Shown: positions 30,835 through 41,506 of the stretch, one piece after another
How the letters are laid out: each line of letters starts with the position of its first letter
Position numbering within the stretch: position 1 is the first letter of the stretch
Assembly: GCA_965195345.1 (NCBI GenBank)
Contig: OZ239628.1
Location: 1,696,001 to 1,760,000, forward strand
Length of the DNA stretch: 64,000 bases
Source of the DNA: an uncultured Thiomicrospira sp.
GTDB lineage: Bacteria > Pseudomonadota > Gammaproteobacteria > CAKMZV01
Reading direction: 5' to 3'
Translations under genes and position numbers: made by a program
Notes under the pieces: model-generated
What the model saw: the letters and a program-made list of their open reading frames with translations, nothing else
Databases searched by the model: none
Told to the model about the DNA's origin: nothing

Positions 30835-31023
30835 TTAATTATCAAACCCTGACACTCTTTTTAATTCTAAAATACCGTCTTGTCGCACTAAAAAAGTTGT
30901 ACCGTTCTTTCTTTCAAGTCGATATGATTTAGGGGTTTTCTTTATATACTTAACACCACTTTCATAATTTATATCGTATTTTCCAGTGCTAAATACAATA
31001 TCGTAATAACTACCTATATTCAT
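30835..31023 (-). CDS. Small hypothetical protein (62 aa, beta-rich)
   Basis: ATG preceded by AAGGCGAAAGA; plausible composition; no family recognised. Confidence 0.55.
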   Translation of the reverse strand: MNIGSYYDIVFSTGKYDINYESGVKYIKKTPKSYRLERKNGTTFLVRQDGILELKRVSGFDN

Positions 31024-31370
31024 TCTTTCGCCTTAACTTGATAATTTTTTTAATCTACGATTCTTGTTAATTTTCAAACAAAATTATTAAGATACTTTTG
31101 TTCTAAATTTCAATAAATTCAATCTCAATAAATTCATGCTTCATTATCAGATAATCTATATCTGAATATTTTAGATTGCTCAGCATTATAATTACTCACC
31201 ATTTTACTAACCGATGAAACCACTAAAAAAACTTTCCCACCGAGAAGTAGGAAGTGATAATTTCAACAGTAATAACAATCTGCAAAAACTTTGAACCAAT
31301 GATTAGCATTCGCAAGTTCGCCTGATCGAAGAAGCTTTTCACCAAGAAATGTAGAATTAGGAAACATAAA

Positions 31371-31877
31371 ATGGGATCACAAGACAAGAAAAATATAAAT
31401 CAATTTACTCCACAAGAAACTTTTAAAATAGCAAAGGAGACGCGTGATTTTGAAATTAAGTTATTTTGGCAGCGTACGAATTATTTTTTGCTACTTAATT
31501 CTGCTGTTGCTGGTGCTTTTTTATATTTTATGAAGCCGACGGAAGACGTCGTAGTATTACAAATTGCATTCTGTGTTATTGGTGGTTTTGTTTGCTTGGC
31601 ATGGATAAAGGTAGGTTTAGGTAGTAAGTATTGGCAATCACATTGGGAGCAAGTGCTCGTTGACTTACAGAAAAGATTTGACTTGTTTGAGGACGATCTT
31701 TTTAGTGACAAGAAAACCGACGAACGAGTTAGGAGAAATTTAAAAATGGAAAGTTGCTACGATCACTGCGTTCTTAAAAAACCTTCTGTAAGTCTGTGGA
31801 TGCACCGCACCGCACGTTTCTTTTTACTGATTTGGATATTTGCTTTCTTCTACACAAGTTGTCAATTGGTCGTGTAG
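31371..31877 (+). CDS. RipA-like (octameric membrane protein family) putative defence effector
   Basis: RDFEIKLFWQRTNYFLLLNS followed by TM helices and SKYWQSHWE, a pattern I recognise from this family; AGGA RBS. Confidence 0.65.
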   Translation: MGSQDKKNINQFTPQETFKIAKETRDFEIKLFWQRTNYFLLLNSAVAGAFLYFMKPTEDVVVLQIAFCVIGGFVCLAWIKVGLGSKYWQSHWEQVLVDLQKRFDLFEDDLFSDKKTDERVRRNLKMESCYDHCVLKKPSVSLWMHRTARFFLLIWIFAFFYTSCQLVV

Positions 31878-31912
31878 CTTACTATGTTTTATGACTTAAA
31901 AAGCACCCAAAA

Positions 31913-32071
31913 ATGGAAAGGCTGATAGTTGTGACGCTCTTTCTTGCTTTGATGGGTGGGTGTGCTAAAAATTCCAAATTAACATCTAAAAAGGAAATTA
32001 TAGGTTTAAAACCAGCGCTTAGCAAAAGCCAAATAAAGGATATAGCTTATGAAACCACACATATTTATTAG
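31913..32071 (+). pseudogene. Short or truncated lipoprotein-like ORF (52 aa)
   Basis: Manual translation MERLIVVTLFLALMGGCAKNSK... has a lipobox-like LMGGC; below the ORF-track cutoff. Confidence 0.4.
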
Positions 32072-32216
32072 TCATTGTCATAAAGACAATAAAAAGTATC
32101 TGAATGGACTTGCAGAAACATCAAAACAGTTTAATTCTGCTAGATCTCTGCCAGATATATCGATTTGGTGGGATGGAAAAATTTCCGCTGGACAAAAATT
32201 TAACTTCAGAAAATAA
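32049..32216 (+). pseudogene. Truncated TIR-domain gene (N-terminal 55 aa only)
   Basis: MKPHIFISHCHKD...IWWDGKISAGQKF matches the TIR_2 FISY/HxxxD and WxDxxIxxG motifs; AAGGA RBS; early stop. Confidence 0.7.
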
Positions 32217-32265
32217 ACCATCGATGTTTTATTTGATTTAAAAAGTCAAGTCAATAAGGATTCCT

Positions 32266-34701
32266 ATGAGTATTAAATTATCGGATATGATTGAAGGGAT
32301 TGACCCATCAAATACTGTGTTGTTCTTCGGCGCGGGCTCATCAATTCCTTCTGGTGCGCCTAGCGTTACTAAGATTAGTGAGAGCATTTCACAGAAATTC
32401 AATATAGATTCTACAGGATACGACTTAGCTGAATTAACAAGCCTCGTAGAACAAAAGAAATCAAGAGGCGAATTAATCAATTGCCTGCGAGACATGTTTA
32501 ATAGAATAAGAGTTACTGGCGCTCTGCTTAATTTGCCCCTGTACAATTGGAAGAACATATACACGACAAACTATGACAAGCTCATTGAGCAGTCATATCA
32601 GAAAAAAGAAAAACCAATATCTGTAATAACTTCAAACTATGACTTTAGAGAGCAAAAATATCCAGAAGCAACGAAGCTATATAAGTTACATGGCTGTATC
32701 GATAAAGACAAATCCGATGGAAATCACAGCAGAATAATAATTTCTGAATCAGATCACGACAATACATCTGAATATCGTGAAGCATTGTGGGACGCATTTA
32801 AATTTGATCTAAATGGTGGGAGCGTTGTTATTATTGGTTATTCGCTTGCAGATATCCACATTAAAAATCTGATTGATCGTGCTATTTCAATCAAGAACAA
32901 GTCATCAGACACTCCAGCATCCATAAACTTAGTCTTATTCGAAAAAGACGAGACGCGCGCATCTTTACTTGAAAGAAGAGGCATTAAGGTAGCATTTGGC
33001 AGTGTCGATAATTTTTTTGTTGAATTGCAAAGAAAGAATACTCCTAACCCAATAGTTCATAAGTCGACAGGTGACCCTCTTGATAATCAATATGAATTGC
33101 AACCCATTACCTTGAAGGTTGCAGATGAGCTTCGTAATATTGAAAAAAACGTAAGCGCAATGTTTCAAGGCTGGCCTGCGACCTATTCCGATATCAAAGC
33201 GAACCTGACCTTCGAAAGAAGTATAGCGAGAAAAATAGACTCGTATTTTAATTCAGACAACTCTTTATGCGCTTGTTTGCTCGGGGCTAGCGGCATGGGC
33301 AAGAGCACTACTGCACGTAAAGTAATGCTAAGACTTAAAGCCTCAGGGCTTCATTGCTGGGAGCATAAAGGCAACCACAAGTTGCTTTATCGTGAATGGC
33401 GATCCGTAGCCGTTGAGTTAAAGACAAGAGAGGAACGAGGGATTATTTTTATTGATGATGCACACAGTCATTTGCATGAAATAAATAATTTGGTTGATCT
33501 TTTGTCAGCAGATGATAATTACTACTTAAAGATTATTCTCACATCAACCAGAAACCATTGGGGTCCTCGAGTTAAAACTGCTAATTTATTCACGAAAGGG
33601 AAGGAATTTTTATTAAAGAAATTAGATCAAGTTGAAATTGAAGAGCTACTATCTTTAGTGGAATCTCATTCAGACCTACAACCCCTGATTGAAAAAAGTT
33701 TCTCTGGTTTTTCCAGATCAGAACGAAAAAAACGGCTTGTTGCAAAGTGTGAATCGGATACGTTTGTATGTTTAAAAAATATTTTTGCCTCTGAACAATT
33801 TGATGATATTGTGTTACGTGAATTCGCTGAGCTAGATAATGATCTTCAGGAAATATATAGAATCGTTTCAGCTCTGGAAACCGCAGGGGTAAATGTTCAC
33901 AGACAGCTAGTCGTCCGACTTCTTGGGCTCTCCCCAGATACTCTGTCTGCTTCTCTAATTAATTTAATTGATATCATTCACGAGTATTCGATAAGCGAGC
34001 GTGAAGGAATTTATGGATGGAAAGGACGCCACTCCGTCATTGCCGAGATTGTCACTAAATATAAAATGGTTGATGAAGAAGAATACTACAAATTATTTGA
34101 GACTGTTATTGATAACATAGTCCCAACGTATGATATTGAAATCAGAACAATAAAGCAGCTCTGTGCATTTGATGCTGGAATTAGTCGATTTCCAGACAAG
34201 TATGCACGTAATAAATTACTTAGAAAAATGATCTCAAAAGTACCTGGAGAACGAGTTCCCAGACATAGATTAATTCGTTACTTGATCGATCTTAACCAGT
34301 TAGAGAAAGCCGAAACTGAAATAAGGATATTCGAAAATGATTTTAAATCTGAAGGACCTTTAGAGCGCTACAAAATACTTCTTTTGTTGGCTCGGGCTGA
34401 AAAAAAGACTGGGATTCTATCTGATGATCGAATGGCTATTTTGCAGATGGCTAAAGAAAAAGCTGTCATAGCTGTAGGTCGATATAAAAATAATAAAAAT
34501 ATACTGAGGATCTATGGTGATGTTGGTCTAGAAATATACAAGCAATCACAAAACTCCACAGTTTTCGAAGACTCCATGGAACATTTGAAAGAAGCTGAAA
34601 CCCGGTTGGTTGACCCAGATGTTACGATTTCGATTATGTCGTTAGAAAGACAGTTTTCGAAGCTTCAGTCTGAATTTACGGAAGTCACAGATGCGCTTTA
34701 A
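32266..34701 (+). CDS. SIR2-domain + P-loop (STAND-like) NTPase + helical C-terminus; putative anti-phage NADase
   Basis: SIR2 motifs LFFGAGSS, YTTNYD, KLHG and IGYSLAD; Walker A GASGMGKST; Walker B IIFIDDAH. Confidence 0.88.
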   Translation: MSIKLSDMIEGIDPSNTVLFFGAGSSIPSGAPSVTKISESISQKFNIDSTGYDLAELTSLVEQKKSRGELINCLRDMFNRIRVTGALLNLPLYNWKNIYTTNYDKLIEQSYQKKEKPISVITSNYDFREQKYPEATKLYKLHGCIDKDKSDGNHSRIIISESDHDNTSEYREALWDAFKFDLNGGSVVIIGYSLADIHIKNLIDRAISIKNKSSDTPASINLVLFEKDETRASLLERRGIKVAFGSVDNFFVELQRKNTPNPIVHKSTGDPLDNQYELQPITLKVADELRNIEKNVSAMFQGWPATYSDIKANLTFERSIARKIDSYFNSDNSLCACLLGASGMGKSTTARKVMLRLKASGLHCWEHKGNHKLLYREWRSVAVELKTREERGIIFIDDAHSHLHEINNLVDLLSADDNYYLKIILTSTRNHWGPRVKTANLFTKGKEFLLKKLDQVEIEELLSLVESHSDLQPLIEKSFSGFSRSERKKRLVAKCESDTFVCLKNIFASEQFDDIVLREFAELDNDLQEIYRIVSALETAGVNVHRQLVVRLLGLSPDTLSASLINLIDIIHEYSISEREGIYGWKGRHSVIAEIVTKYKMVDEEEYYKLFETVIDNIVPTYDIEIRTIKQLCAFDAGISRFPDKYARNKLLRKMISKVPGERVPRHRLIRYLIDLNQLEKAETEIRIFENDFKSEGPLERYKILLLLARAEKKTGILSDDRMAILQMAKEKAVIAVGRYKNNKNILRIYGDVGLEIYKQSQNSTVFEDSMEHLKEAETRLVDPDVTISIMSLERQFSKLQSEFTEVTDAL

Positions 34702-34949
34702 CAAAAGCATGTTGTCGGAGGAGTAGTTTTCTACTACGCCTCATTTAAAAAAATGAAATACCTTTATCTCGAAATGCAATTATATTTAACAGAATTTGGA
34801 AGATGATTTGAGAGCGGACAATCATATACATTTTTAAGTAATACTAAGATTAATATACTGACCTTCCCAGTTTTCTAAGCGCTCTTTTTGAAATAGTTTC
34901 TTCTTTGTTCTTAGTCCTCCCCACTTTACACCTGCGGGGGTATTGTGCG

Positions 34950-35052
34950 CCCAATGAGGATTGGGATATGATGGCACATGTCACTTTTGGAAAAAGTATA
35001 ATTCACGCCGTGCCGTGCATCGTCCCTTCGCGAAGCACTTCAATTTTAAGTG
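34950..35052 (+). other. GC-rich structured noncoding element (long bulged hairpin plus small hairpins)
   Basis: GGGATATGATGGCAC (34963-34977) pairs with GTGCCGTGCATCGTCCC (35010-35026): 15 pairs, 2 G-T, 2 bulges. Confidence 0.45.
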
Positions 35053-35076
35053 GCCAATGATTGTGGTGCCAAACAA

Positions 35077-35391
35077 TTAGGGCGTTCTCAAATACCGATA
35101 CATTGTAGGCTTAGTAATGCCAAACTGCTCACAAATACTAATGATTGAAACTTGCTTGCTGTCATAAAGAATTCGCATCTGCTCTATTTGCTTTTTAGTT
35201 AGTTTAATTTTTCTACCACCCTGCCTTCCTCTTGCTCGAGCAGCTTCGAGCCCTGCTTTAGTACGTTCTTTAATAAGTGTTCGCTCAAACTCAGCAAGTG
35301 CTGCAAATATATGGAATACTAACTGACCACTAAGCGTAGAAGTTTCAATATTCTCTGTTAAAGAATGAAAGGCAACTCCATTTACTTTGAA
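35077..35391 (-). pseudogene. Serine resolvase/invertase (Hin/Pin/TnpR-like), N-terminally truncated
   Basis: Manual translation ...FHSLTENIETSTLSGQLVFHIFAALAEFERTLIKERTKAGLEAARARGRQGGRK...FGITKPTMYRYL*. An in-frame stop lies immediately upstream and the catalytic N-terminus is absent. Confidence 0.9.
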
Positions 35392-35615
35392 TTAGTAACA
35401 GTATGAAATAACTCCTATGATGAGCAAAGTGGCAGAATTGATTAATGTCAGTTTCTGCGGTAAGAAAAACAACCGTTGATTAATACAACAATACAAGCAC
35501 ACAAAAATCATGCTTTTAAAAATCATAATCTACTTTCATGGCAATAACCAATGATATGTAAAGAGAACTTTTACATTAACTGGTAAATATCATTGCGCAA
35601 AGCTACAATACAAGC

Positions 35616-36407
35616 ATGCTCAATGCTTTGTATATAGCCTGTATTTTCAGCTTCGCCTCACTTATTGTTTTATTTCTTACTACAGCAAAAAAAACAAGAC
35701 AGTTGCGAGCAAGCAGTGTGCATTGGTTCTTGATTGCTTTTGCGACATTTTTTCAGGCAACATTATTAACATTACTGATTGTTCAAGAGACGCAAATCCT
35801 TCTCGGATTTTCAAACGCAACGATGTTAGTGTCATTTTGCATCTGGTGCATGACACTGCTTTTAATGCGCTTAAGCAATACTGCTTACTCGTTGCTTCTA
35901 TTGTCTTTTTTAAATATTTTCGTCTATTTATTCGCTTGGCTTTCACCCGATTTGAACGCTGTAGTCATCCGTGGGGAAACCGCCTTTCATGTTGTTCTTT
36001 CAATTCTTTCATACAGTATAGTAGGACTAACTGGGTTGCAAAGTATTATTCTATTAGCAACAGAAAATATGCTCCATGAGAAAAGAGGACTAAAGCTCCT
36101 TTCACTACTCCCTTCGCTTAATGAATTAGAAAATGCGTTGTATTTTTTACTTTGGATGAGTTTCATCAGCTTAAGTATTGCCCTATTTAGCGGGTTCTTA
36201 GTGCTTGATGATATGTTCGAACAACGCGTAGTACACAAAACTTTTCTTTCGCTACTGTGCTGGGGAATGATCGCTGTACTACTGGTTTTGAAATTGACTT
36301 GTGGCTGGCGTGGCAAACAACTAAGTATTGGCATTATGCTATCGACTTTAATACTTTTTTTAGGATTTTCGGGTTCTAAATTCATTATTGAAAGGCTATT
36401 ATCCTAA
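35616..36407 (+). CDS. Cytochrome c assembly family inner membrane protein (YpjD/CcsA-like)
   Basis: FHVVLSILSY, LPSLNELE, HKTFLS and GWRG motifs. Confidence 0.88.
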   Translation: MLNALYIACIFSFASLIVLFLTTAKKTRQLRASSVHWFLIAFATFFQATLLTLLIVQETQILLGFSNATMLVSFCIWCMTLLLMRLSNTAYSLLLLSFLNIFVYLFAWLSPDLNAVVIRGETAFHVVLSILSYSIVGLTGLQSIILLATENMLHEKRGLKLLSLLPSLNELENALYFLLWMSFISLSIALFSGFLVLDDMFEQRVVHKTFLSLLCWGMIAVLLVLKLTCGWRGKQLSIGIMLSTLILFLGFSGSKFIIERLLS

Positions 36408-36712
36408 TGAAATCAGCTCAGTTTAAAGGCGTATTTGACTCTTCTTCAACGCTTTCACGTCTCTACAGCCGAGCGGCCTACCAAAATCGCATCCTGAAAA
36501 TTTTGCACAAACATCTTCCTTTTCCCAAACAAGCTATTAGCGCCTGTTTTCTTTCAAAAGAGGTTTTAACCATCTATTGCCCCGACGGCACTTGGATGAC
36601 ACGTCTACGATTGCGCACCGACCAAATCCTGCGTACACTGCATGAAGAGGCGAACGATGAAATTCCTCACAATGTGAATGAAGTTATTGTTGAAATAAAA
36701 TACCCTTCTTGA
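36407..36712 (+). CDS. DciA/DUF721 family protein
   Basis: About 100 aa; LTIYCPDGTWMTRLRL resembles the DUF721 LxIxxxxxxWAxxLR motif. Confidence 0.6.
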   Translation: MKSAQFKGVFDSSSTLSRLYSRAAYQNRILKILHKHLPFPKQAISACFLSKEVLTIYCPDGTWMTRLRLRTDQILRTLHEEANDEIPHNVNEVIVEIKYPS

Positions 36713-38157
36713 ATTTTCGATTGATCAATCTAAGTCATTTCAGTATTCGTGAGCGTCGTATGCTCATTGGGACGTTATTTGCTGCGTTCTTCCTCCATGT
36801 GTCTTTGTCATTCATTCAACCTTTAAGTGCCGATGAAGCACACTATGCACTTTACGCTTTACACCTTGACTGGAGCTACCTCGATCATCCACCTTTAGTA
36901 GGTTGGCTGCAAGCACTCATCCTACCATTTGACAGCAATGACTGGGCGCTACGATTTATTCCTAACATCCTCCATTTAATGACAAGTATCGGGCTAATTG
37001 CATTGTGCAATGCGCTTTATGGGGAAAAAGCAATGATCGCCTTAGGCAGTGTTATTTTGTATCAATTGAGTGTTATTTTTCAAATACTGGGATTGGGTAT
37101 GACGCCAGAAACCCCACTACTGGCATTAGGTGTTTGGAGTTGTGTATTTGCTCTATATACTTGTCGCCACGCAACACTGAAGAACTGGATAATACTTGGT
37201 GTTCTCTTAGGCTTCATGGGATTATCGAAATACACTGCACTCATGTTTGCTATTGGTTTAGGAATATACTTCATTTCTCAAAAAATGATTTGGTGGCGTG
37301 ATTATCGTTTTTTCATAGCAATGACAATAGCAGTGCTTATGATCATGCCCGTTTTATATTGGAATTTCAATAACGAATTTATTTCATTTAATTATCAATG
37401 GGGACACGGAAATATTAATGCCAAAGGTTTTCATCTTAATAGTTTTTTAAATGCCCAAGCGTTCCAAGCTCTGCTATACACACCTGTACTATTCATCGCA
37501 TGCTGGGTTTTTTCTATACAGGGATTATGGAAAAAAGATAAACTTTTTTTAGCTTGCATTAATTTACCAACACTATTGCTATTCGCGTGGTCATCAACCA
37601 AAGGAGGGCATTATTTGCCACACTGGACTGCTTTACCTTTATTAATTAGCATTCCTTTTGTATCTAAATGGATAAGTGAAAGTTGGCAAAATAATAAGCG
37701 ATTCATTGCATGGTCCCACTTGATTGTCAGTGGTAGTCTATTAATAATTTTTGTTCTCTTAATTACGGGCTGGCTACCAAAATCAATCAATCAAGTAGCC
37801 TTAAAAGATTTGCGTGGTTGGAAAGAAATAGCCTTAGTGGCTAAAAAATTGGTAATTAAATTACCAACAAATCAGCAAAATATTTATATAGATAATCGAT
37901 GGAATGCCAGTCGCATTGCTTGGTATGCTAGACCAATTCCGTTGGTACTCTTGGATAAGCGCCCTTCTCAATATCAACTATGGGCAGAACCTTTCGCCAA
38001 TACAGAAGGTGGGATTGTTGTTACGAATGACGACTCGTCAACAAGTGATATTGCTCGTATTTACAGCCATTTTGACAAGTGCGTTCTGGTAGAAACGCGC
38101 TCTTTCGACTCACAAGAAGGTATCAGTCGTTTTCAATTACACTATTGCCAAAAATAG
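36709..38157 (+). CDS. GT39/ArnT-like (PMT_2) membrane glycosyltransferase
   Basis: DEAHYALY...LDWSYLDHPPLVGW and LSKYT motifs; polytopic. Confidence 0.88.
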   Translation: MNFRLINLSHFSIRERRMLIGTLFAAFFLHVSLSFIQPLSADEAHYALYALHLDWSYLDHPPLVGWLQALILPFDSNDWALRFIPNILHLMTSIGLIALCNALYGEKAMIALGSVILYQLSVIFQILGLGMTPETPLLALGVWSCVFALYTCRHATLKNWIILGVLLGFMGLSKYTALMFAIGLGIYFISQKMIWWRDYRFFIAMTIAVLMIMPVLYWNFNNEFISFNYQWGHGNINAKGFHLNSFLNAQAFQALLYTPVLFIACWVFSIQGLWKKDKLFLACINLPTLLLFAWSSTKGGHYLPHWTALPLLISIPFVSKWISESWQNNKRFIAWSHLIVSGSLLIIFVLLITGWLPKSINQVALKDLRGWKEIALVAKKLVIKLPTNQQNIYIDNRWNASRIAWYARPIPLVLLDKRPSQYQLWAEPFANTEGGIVVTNDDSSTSDIARIYSHFDKCVLVETRSFDSQEGISRFQLHYCQK

Positions 38158-38203
38158 TAATTTAGTTGACACAATCCACTAATTCAAATGCAGACGCTTC
38201 AAG

Positions 38204-40981
38204 TCAGATTTTACCGTGACAATGTTTGTATTTTTTACCTGATCCACAAGGGCAAGGCTCGTTGCGACCAATCTTTTTCTCATCACGTTTAATAGGTTCT
38301 GGTGATGGATTAGATTGTTGATTATTTTGATAATCTTGCTTTGATGCTGGCTGAGGACGACGCATGGTTTCAGGAAGGTCCTTTTGAAGACTGCCCAACG
38401 CTGATGCATCATTTTGGCGCCGTTGTTCATCCATTGCTTCCACATCGCCTTCATCGCGTAATTGAACAAAACACAGAACTTTTGTTACGTCATGTCGAAA
38501 ATTATCAAGTAATTCCTCAAACATTTCAAAAGCTTCTTTTTTGTATTCTTGTACGGGATTGCGTTGTGCGTATCCACGTAGATGAATCCCTTGACGCAAA
38601 TAATCAAGTCCTCCAAGATGCTCTTTCCATAAGTTGTCAAGCACTTGCAATAACACCGCCTTTTCGAAGTGTCTAATAACTTCAGCACCAACTAATTGCT
38701 CTTTCTCTTGATGCGCAGTATCGATATTTTCTAATATGCGCTCTCTTAAGCCTTCTTCAGCAAGCAGGTCATCTTCATCCAACCATTGTTGCAAAGGTAA
38801 TTTAACGTTGTATTCTTCTCGCAAAATCTCTTCCAGAGCTGGAATATCCCATAAATCAGCTATACTTTTTGGAGGAATATAATCAGCAATGGTCGCCTCA
38901 ACATCCTCATTGCGCAGATTAACAACGTAATCCTTCCAATCATCCTGAGACATTATGTCATTGCGTTGTTGATAAATCACTTTTCGTTGTTCATTAACCA
39001 CATTATCGTATTCCAATAATTGTTTCCGAACTTCAAAATTGCGCCCTTCCACTTTCTTCTGAGCATTAGCAATCGCCTTATTAACCCAGTTATGCTCAAT
39101 AGATTCTCCATCTTTGAGCCCAAGCTTCTCCATCATGCCTCGCATTCTTTCGGAGGCAAATATGCGCATCAAGTCATCTTCAAGAGATAAATAGAAAATA
39201 CTACTTCCTGGGTCTCCCTGTCTGCCAGAGCGCCCTCGCAGCTGATTATCAACCCGTCTTGATTCATGCCTCTCTGTTCCAATAACATGCAACCCACCCA
39301 AAGAGATGACTTCTTGCTGGTTAGTTTTTGCTTGCTCGCGCAACCCGCTAATTTTTTCTATCTCATCAATGTCAATTTGCTCAATTTCAAAATCAACATT
39401 ACCGCCCAATACAATATCTGTGCCCCTACCCGCCATATTTGTCGCAATAGTTACTGACCCCTTCCGTCCAGCTTGCGCTATGATTGATGCTTCTCTTTCG
39501 TGATTTTTAGCATTTAATACTTCGTGTTGAATTTTTGCCCTATCGAGCGCAGCAGAAAGTTTTTCTGAACTGTCTATTGACGCTGTCCCTATAAGTACAG
39601 GCTGTCCTGAAGTATTAATCTCACCCACATGCTTAGCAAGTGCAAGAAATTTTTCCTCTTCATTTAGATAAATTAAATCACTGTGATCTGCTCGTTTGAT
39701 TGGCTGATTTGATGGTATTACTACAACAGGTAAGTTGTAAATTTGCTGAAATTCCACGGACTCTGTATCAGCCGTTCCAGTCATTCCTGCGAGCTTGCCA
39801 TATAGTCGAAAATAATTCTGAAAAGTAATGGAGGCGAGCGTTTGATTTTCATTTTGTACTGGGACATTCTCTTTCGCTTCGATTGCTTGATGTAGACCAT
39901 CTGACCAACGTCGCCCTTGCATTTTACGCCCAGTAAATTCATCAATAATAACGACTTCCTTAACCCCTTCCTCATTGGTTTCAATGATGTAATCTTTGTC
40001 TCTTTCGTACAAAGCATGCGCTCTTATAGCCGCATTGATGTTTTGCATAATGTTGATATTACGCGCATCGTATAGATTTTCGCCGTCTTTCAATAATCCT
40101 TTGTTATTCAAATATTTTTCAATTTTTTCATGCCCATCTTCCGTCAAAGTAACTGAACGATTTTTCTCATCAAGTATATAGTCGCCAACTTGGTAATCAT
40201 TACTGGGAACGCCATCCTTATCGACTTCACCAAGCTGTTTTTTCAATAACGAGGGTATGCCGTTTAGTTTTGAATATATTTCAACATTACCTTCTGAAGG
40301 CCCAGAAATAATTAATGGTGTTCGTGCCTCATCAATTAAAATCGAATCCACTTCGTCAACTATAGCAAATGCAAATTTACGTTGCATTCGATCATCAGCT
40401 GAAAAAGCCATGTTGTCTCTTAAATAATCAAACCCAAATTCGTTATTTGTTCCATAAGTAATGTCAGCATTGTATTGTCGGTATTTATTCTTCCACATTT
40501 GTCCACTCAAAATAACCCCAACACTCATACCAAGAAACTTGTACAACGTACCCATCCATTCAGAGTCTCTTTTCGCCAAATAATCATTCACAGTGACTAC
40601 GTGCACCCCCTCTTCTGTCAAAGCATTAAGGTAAACGGCGAGCGTAGCAACGAGCGTCTTGCCCTCACCAGTACCCATTTCGGCAATTTTTCCTTCGTGC
40701 AACACCATACCACCTATCAATTGCACGTCAAAATGACGCATCCCAAGCACGCGTAAGCTTGCTTCTCTACACACTGCAAAAGATTCAGGCAACAAAGCAG
40801 TTAACATTTCACCCTTTTTAAGGCGCTCTTTAAATTCATTGGTTTTAGCAGCCAACTCATTATCACTAAGCGCTTGCATTCCGGATTCAAGCGCATTAAT
40901 TTTCTCAACGGCTTTCTGATACCTCTTAACTTCGCGCGAGTTACTTGTTCCAAACACAGAACTCAAAATTTTATTTAGCAT
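38204..40981 (-). CDS. secA: Preprotein translocase ATPase SecA
   Basis: [40 protein letters not shown] and C-terminal [19 protein letters not shown] motifs. Confidence 0.99.
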   Translation of the reverse strand: MLNKILSSVFGTSNSREVKRYQKAVEKINALESGMQALSDNELAAKTNEFKERLKKGEMLTALLPESFAVCREASLRVLGMRHFDVQLIGGMVLHEGKIAEMGTGEGKTLVATLAVYLNALTEEGVHVVTVNDYLAKRDSEWMGTLYKFLGMSVGVILSGQMWKNKYRQYNADITYGTNNEFGFDYLRDNMAFSADDRMQRKFAFAIVDEVDSILIDEARTPLIISGPSEGNVEIYSKLNGIPSLLKKQLGEVDKDGVPSNDYQVGDYILDEKNRSVTLTEDGHEKIEKYLNNKGLLKDGENLYDARNINIMQNINAAIRAHALYERDKDYIIETNEEGVKEVVIIDEFTGRKMQGRRWSDGLHQAIEAKENVPVQNENQTLASITFQNYFRLYGKLAGMTGTADTESVEFQQIYNLPVVVIPSNQPIKRADHSDLIYLNEEEKFLALAKHVGEINTSGQPVLIGTASIDSSEKLSAALDRAKIQHEVLNAKNHEREASIIAQAGRKGSVTIATNMAGRGTDIVLGGNVDFEIEQIDIDEIEKISGLREQAKTNQQEVISLGGLHVIGTERHESRRVDNQLRGRSGRQGDPGSSIFYLSLEDDLMRIFASERMRGMMEKLGLKDGESIEHNWVNKAIANAQKKVEGRNFEVRKQLLEYDNVVNEQRKVIYQQRNDIMSQDDWKDYVVNLRNEDVEATIADYIPPKSIADLWDIPALEEILREEYNVKLPLQQWLDEDDLLAEEGLRERILENIDTAHQEKEQLVGAEVIRHFEKAVLLQVLDNLWKEHLGGLDYLRQGIHLRGYAQRNPVQEYKKEAFEMFEELLDNFRHDVTKVLCFVQLRDEGDVEAMDEQRRQNDASALGSLQKDLPETMRRPQPASKQDYQNNQQSNPSPEPIKRDEKKIGRNEPCPCGSGKKYKHCHGKI

Positions 40982-41506
40982 GTTTAAATTAGATTATTTA
41001 TCAGTGCTCGCATTCTCATCCCATTCTCGAAAATGCACGCAGTAACTTAATTTTTGTTGAAACGTTAAAAAATATACAACCCCAGTTGTAATTTTAAACA
41101 AACAATAGCTTGGTGCGTTATTTTAATTCACAGCGGTTATTTTAATTCGTCAATTGTCTTATTACTTCTTAGTAATTTTGATATAAAAACATGAAATTTA
41201 TACTTCCATTTCCAAAAATTGGGCATATTCACGTTAAAAACACGACTGATTGTTAAGAAAACTTCTTTAGAATTGCGCTTCATCACTAATGCGATAAATA
41301 GGAAGCAATATGCTTAGTATATCAATATAATAGATGACTTTTATTAAACTTTCACTTTACTTTATTTTTCCTAATCTTCCACAAACTGAGCACCTTGGAA
41401 AGTCAATCTTTCTTGATAATCCAATTTTTATCCTTTAAAATGATTGGTTAATTCTACGAAGAAAACACGGTTTTTTAAACAAAATTATAAAATGGAGTTC
41501 TACAAA

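Noticed and set aside
34945-34965. Group II intron 5' end (GTGCG...)
   Set aside because: No domain V/VI motif or intron-encoded RT found; a 5-mer match is expected by chance.
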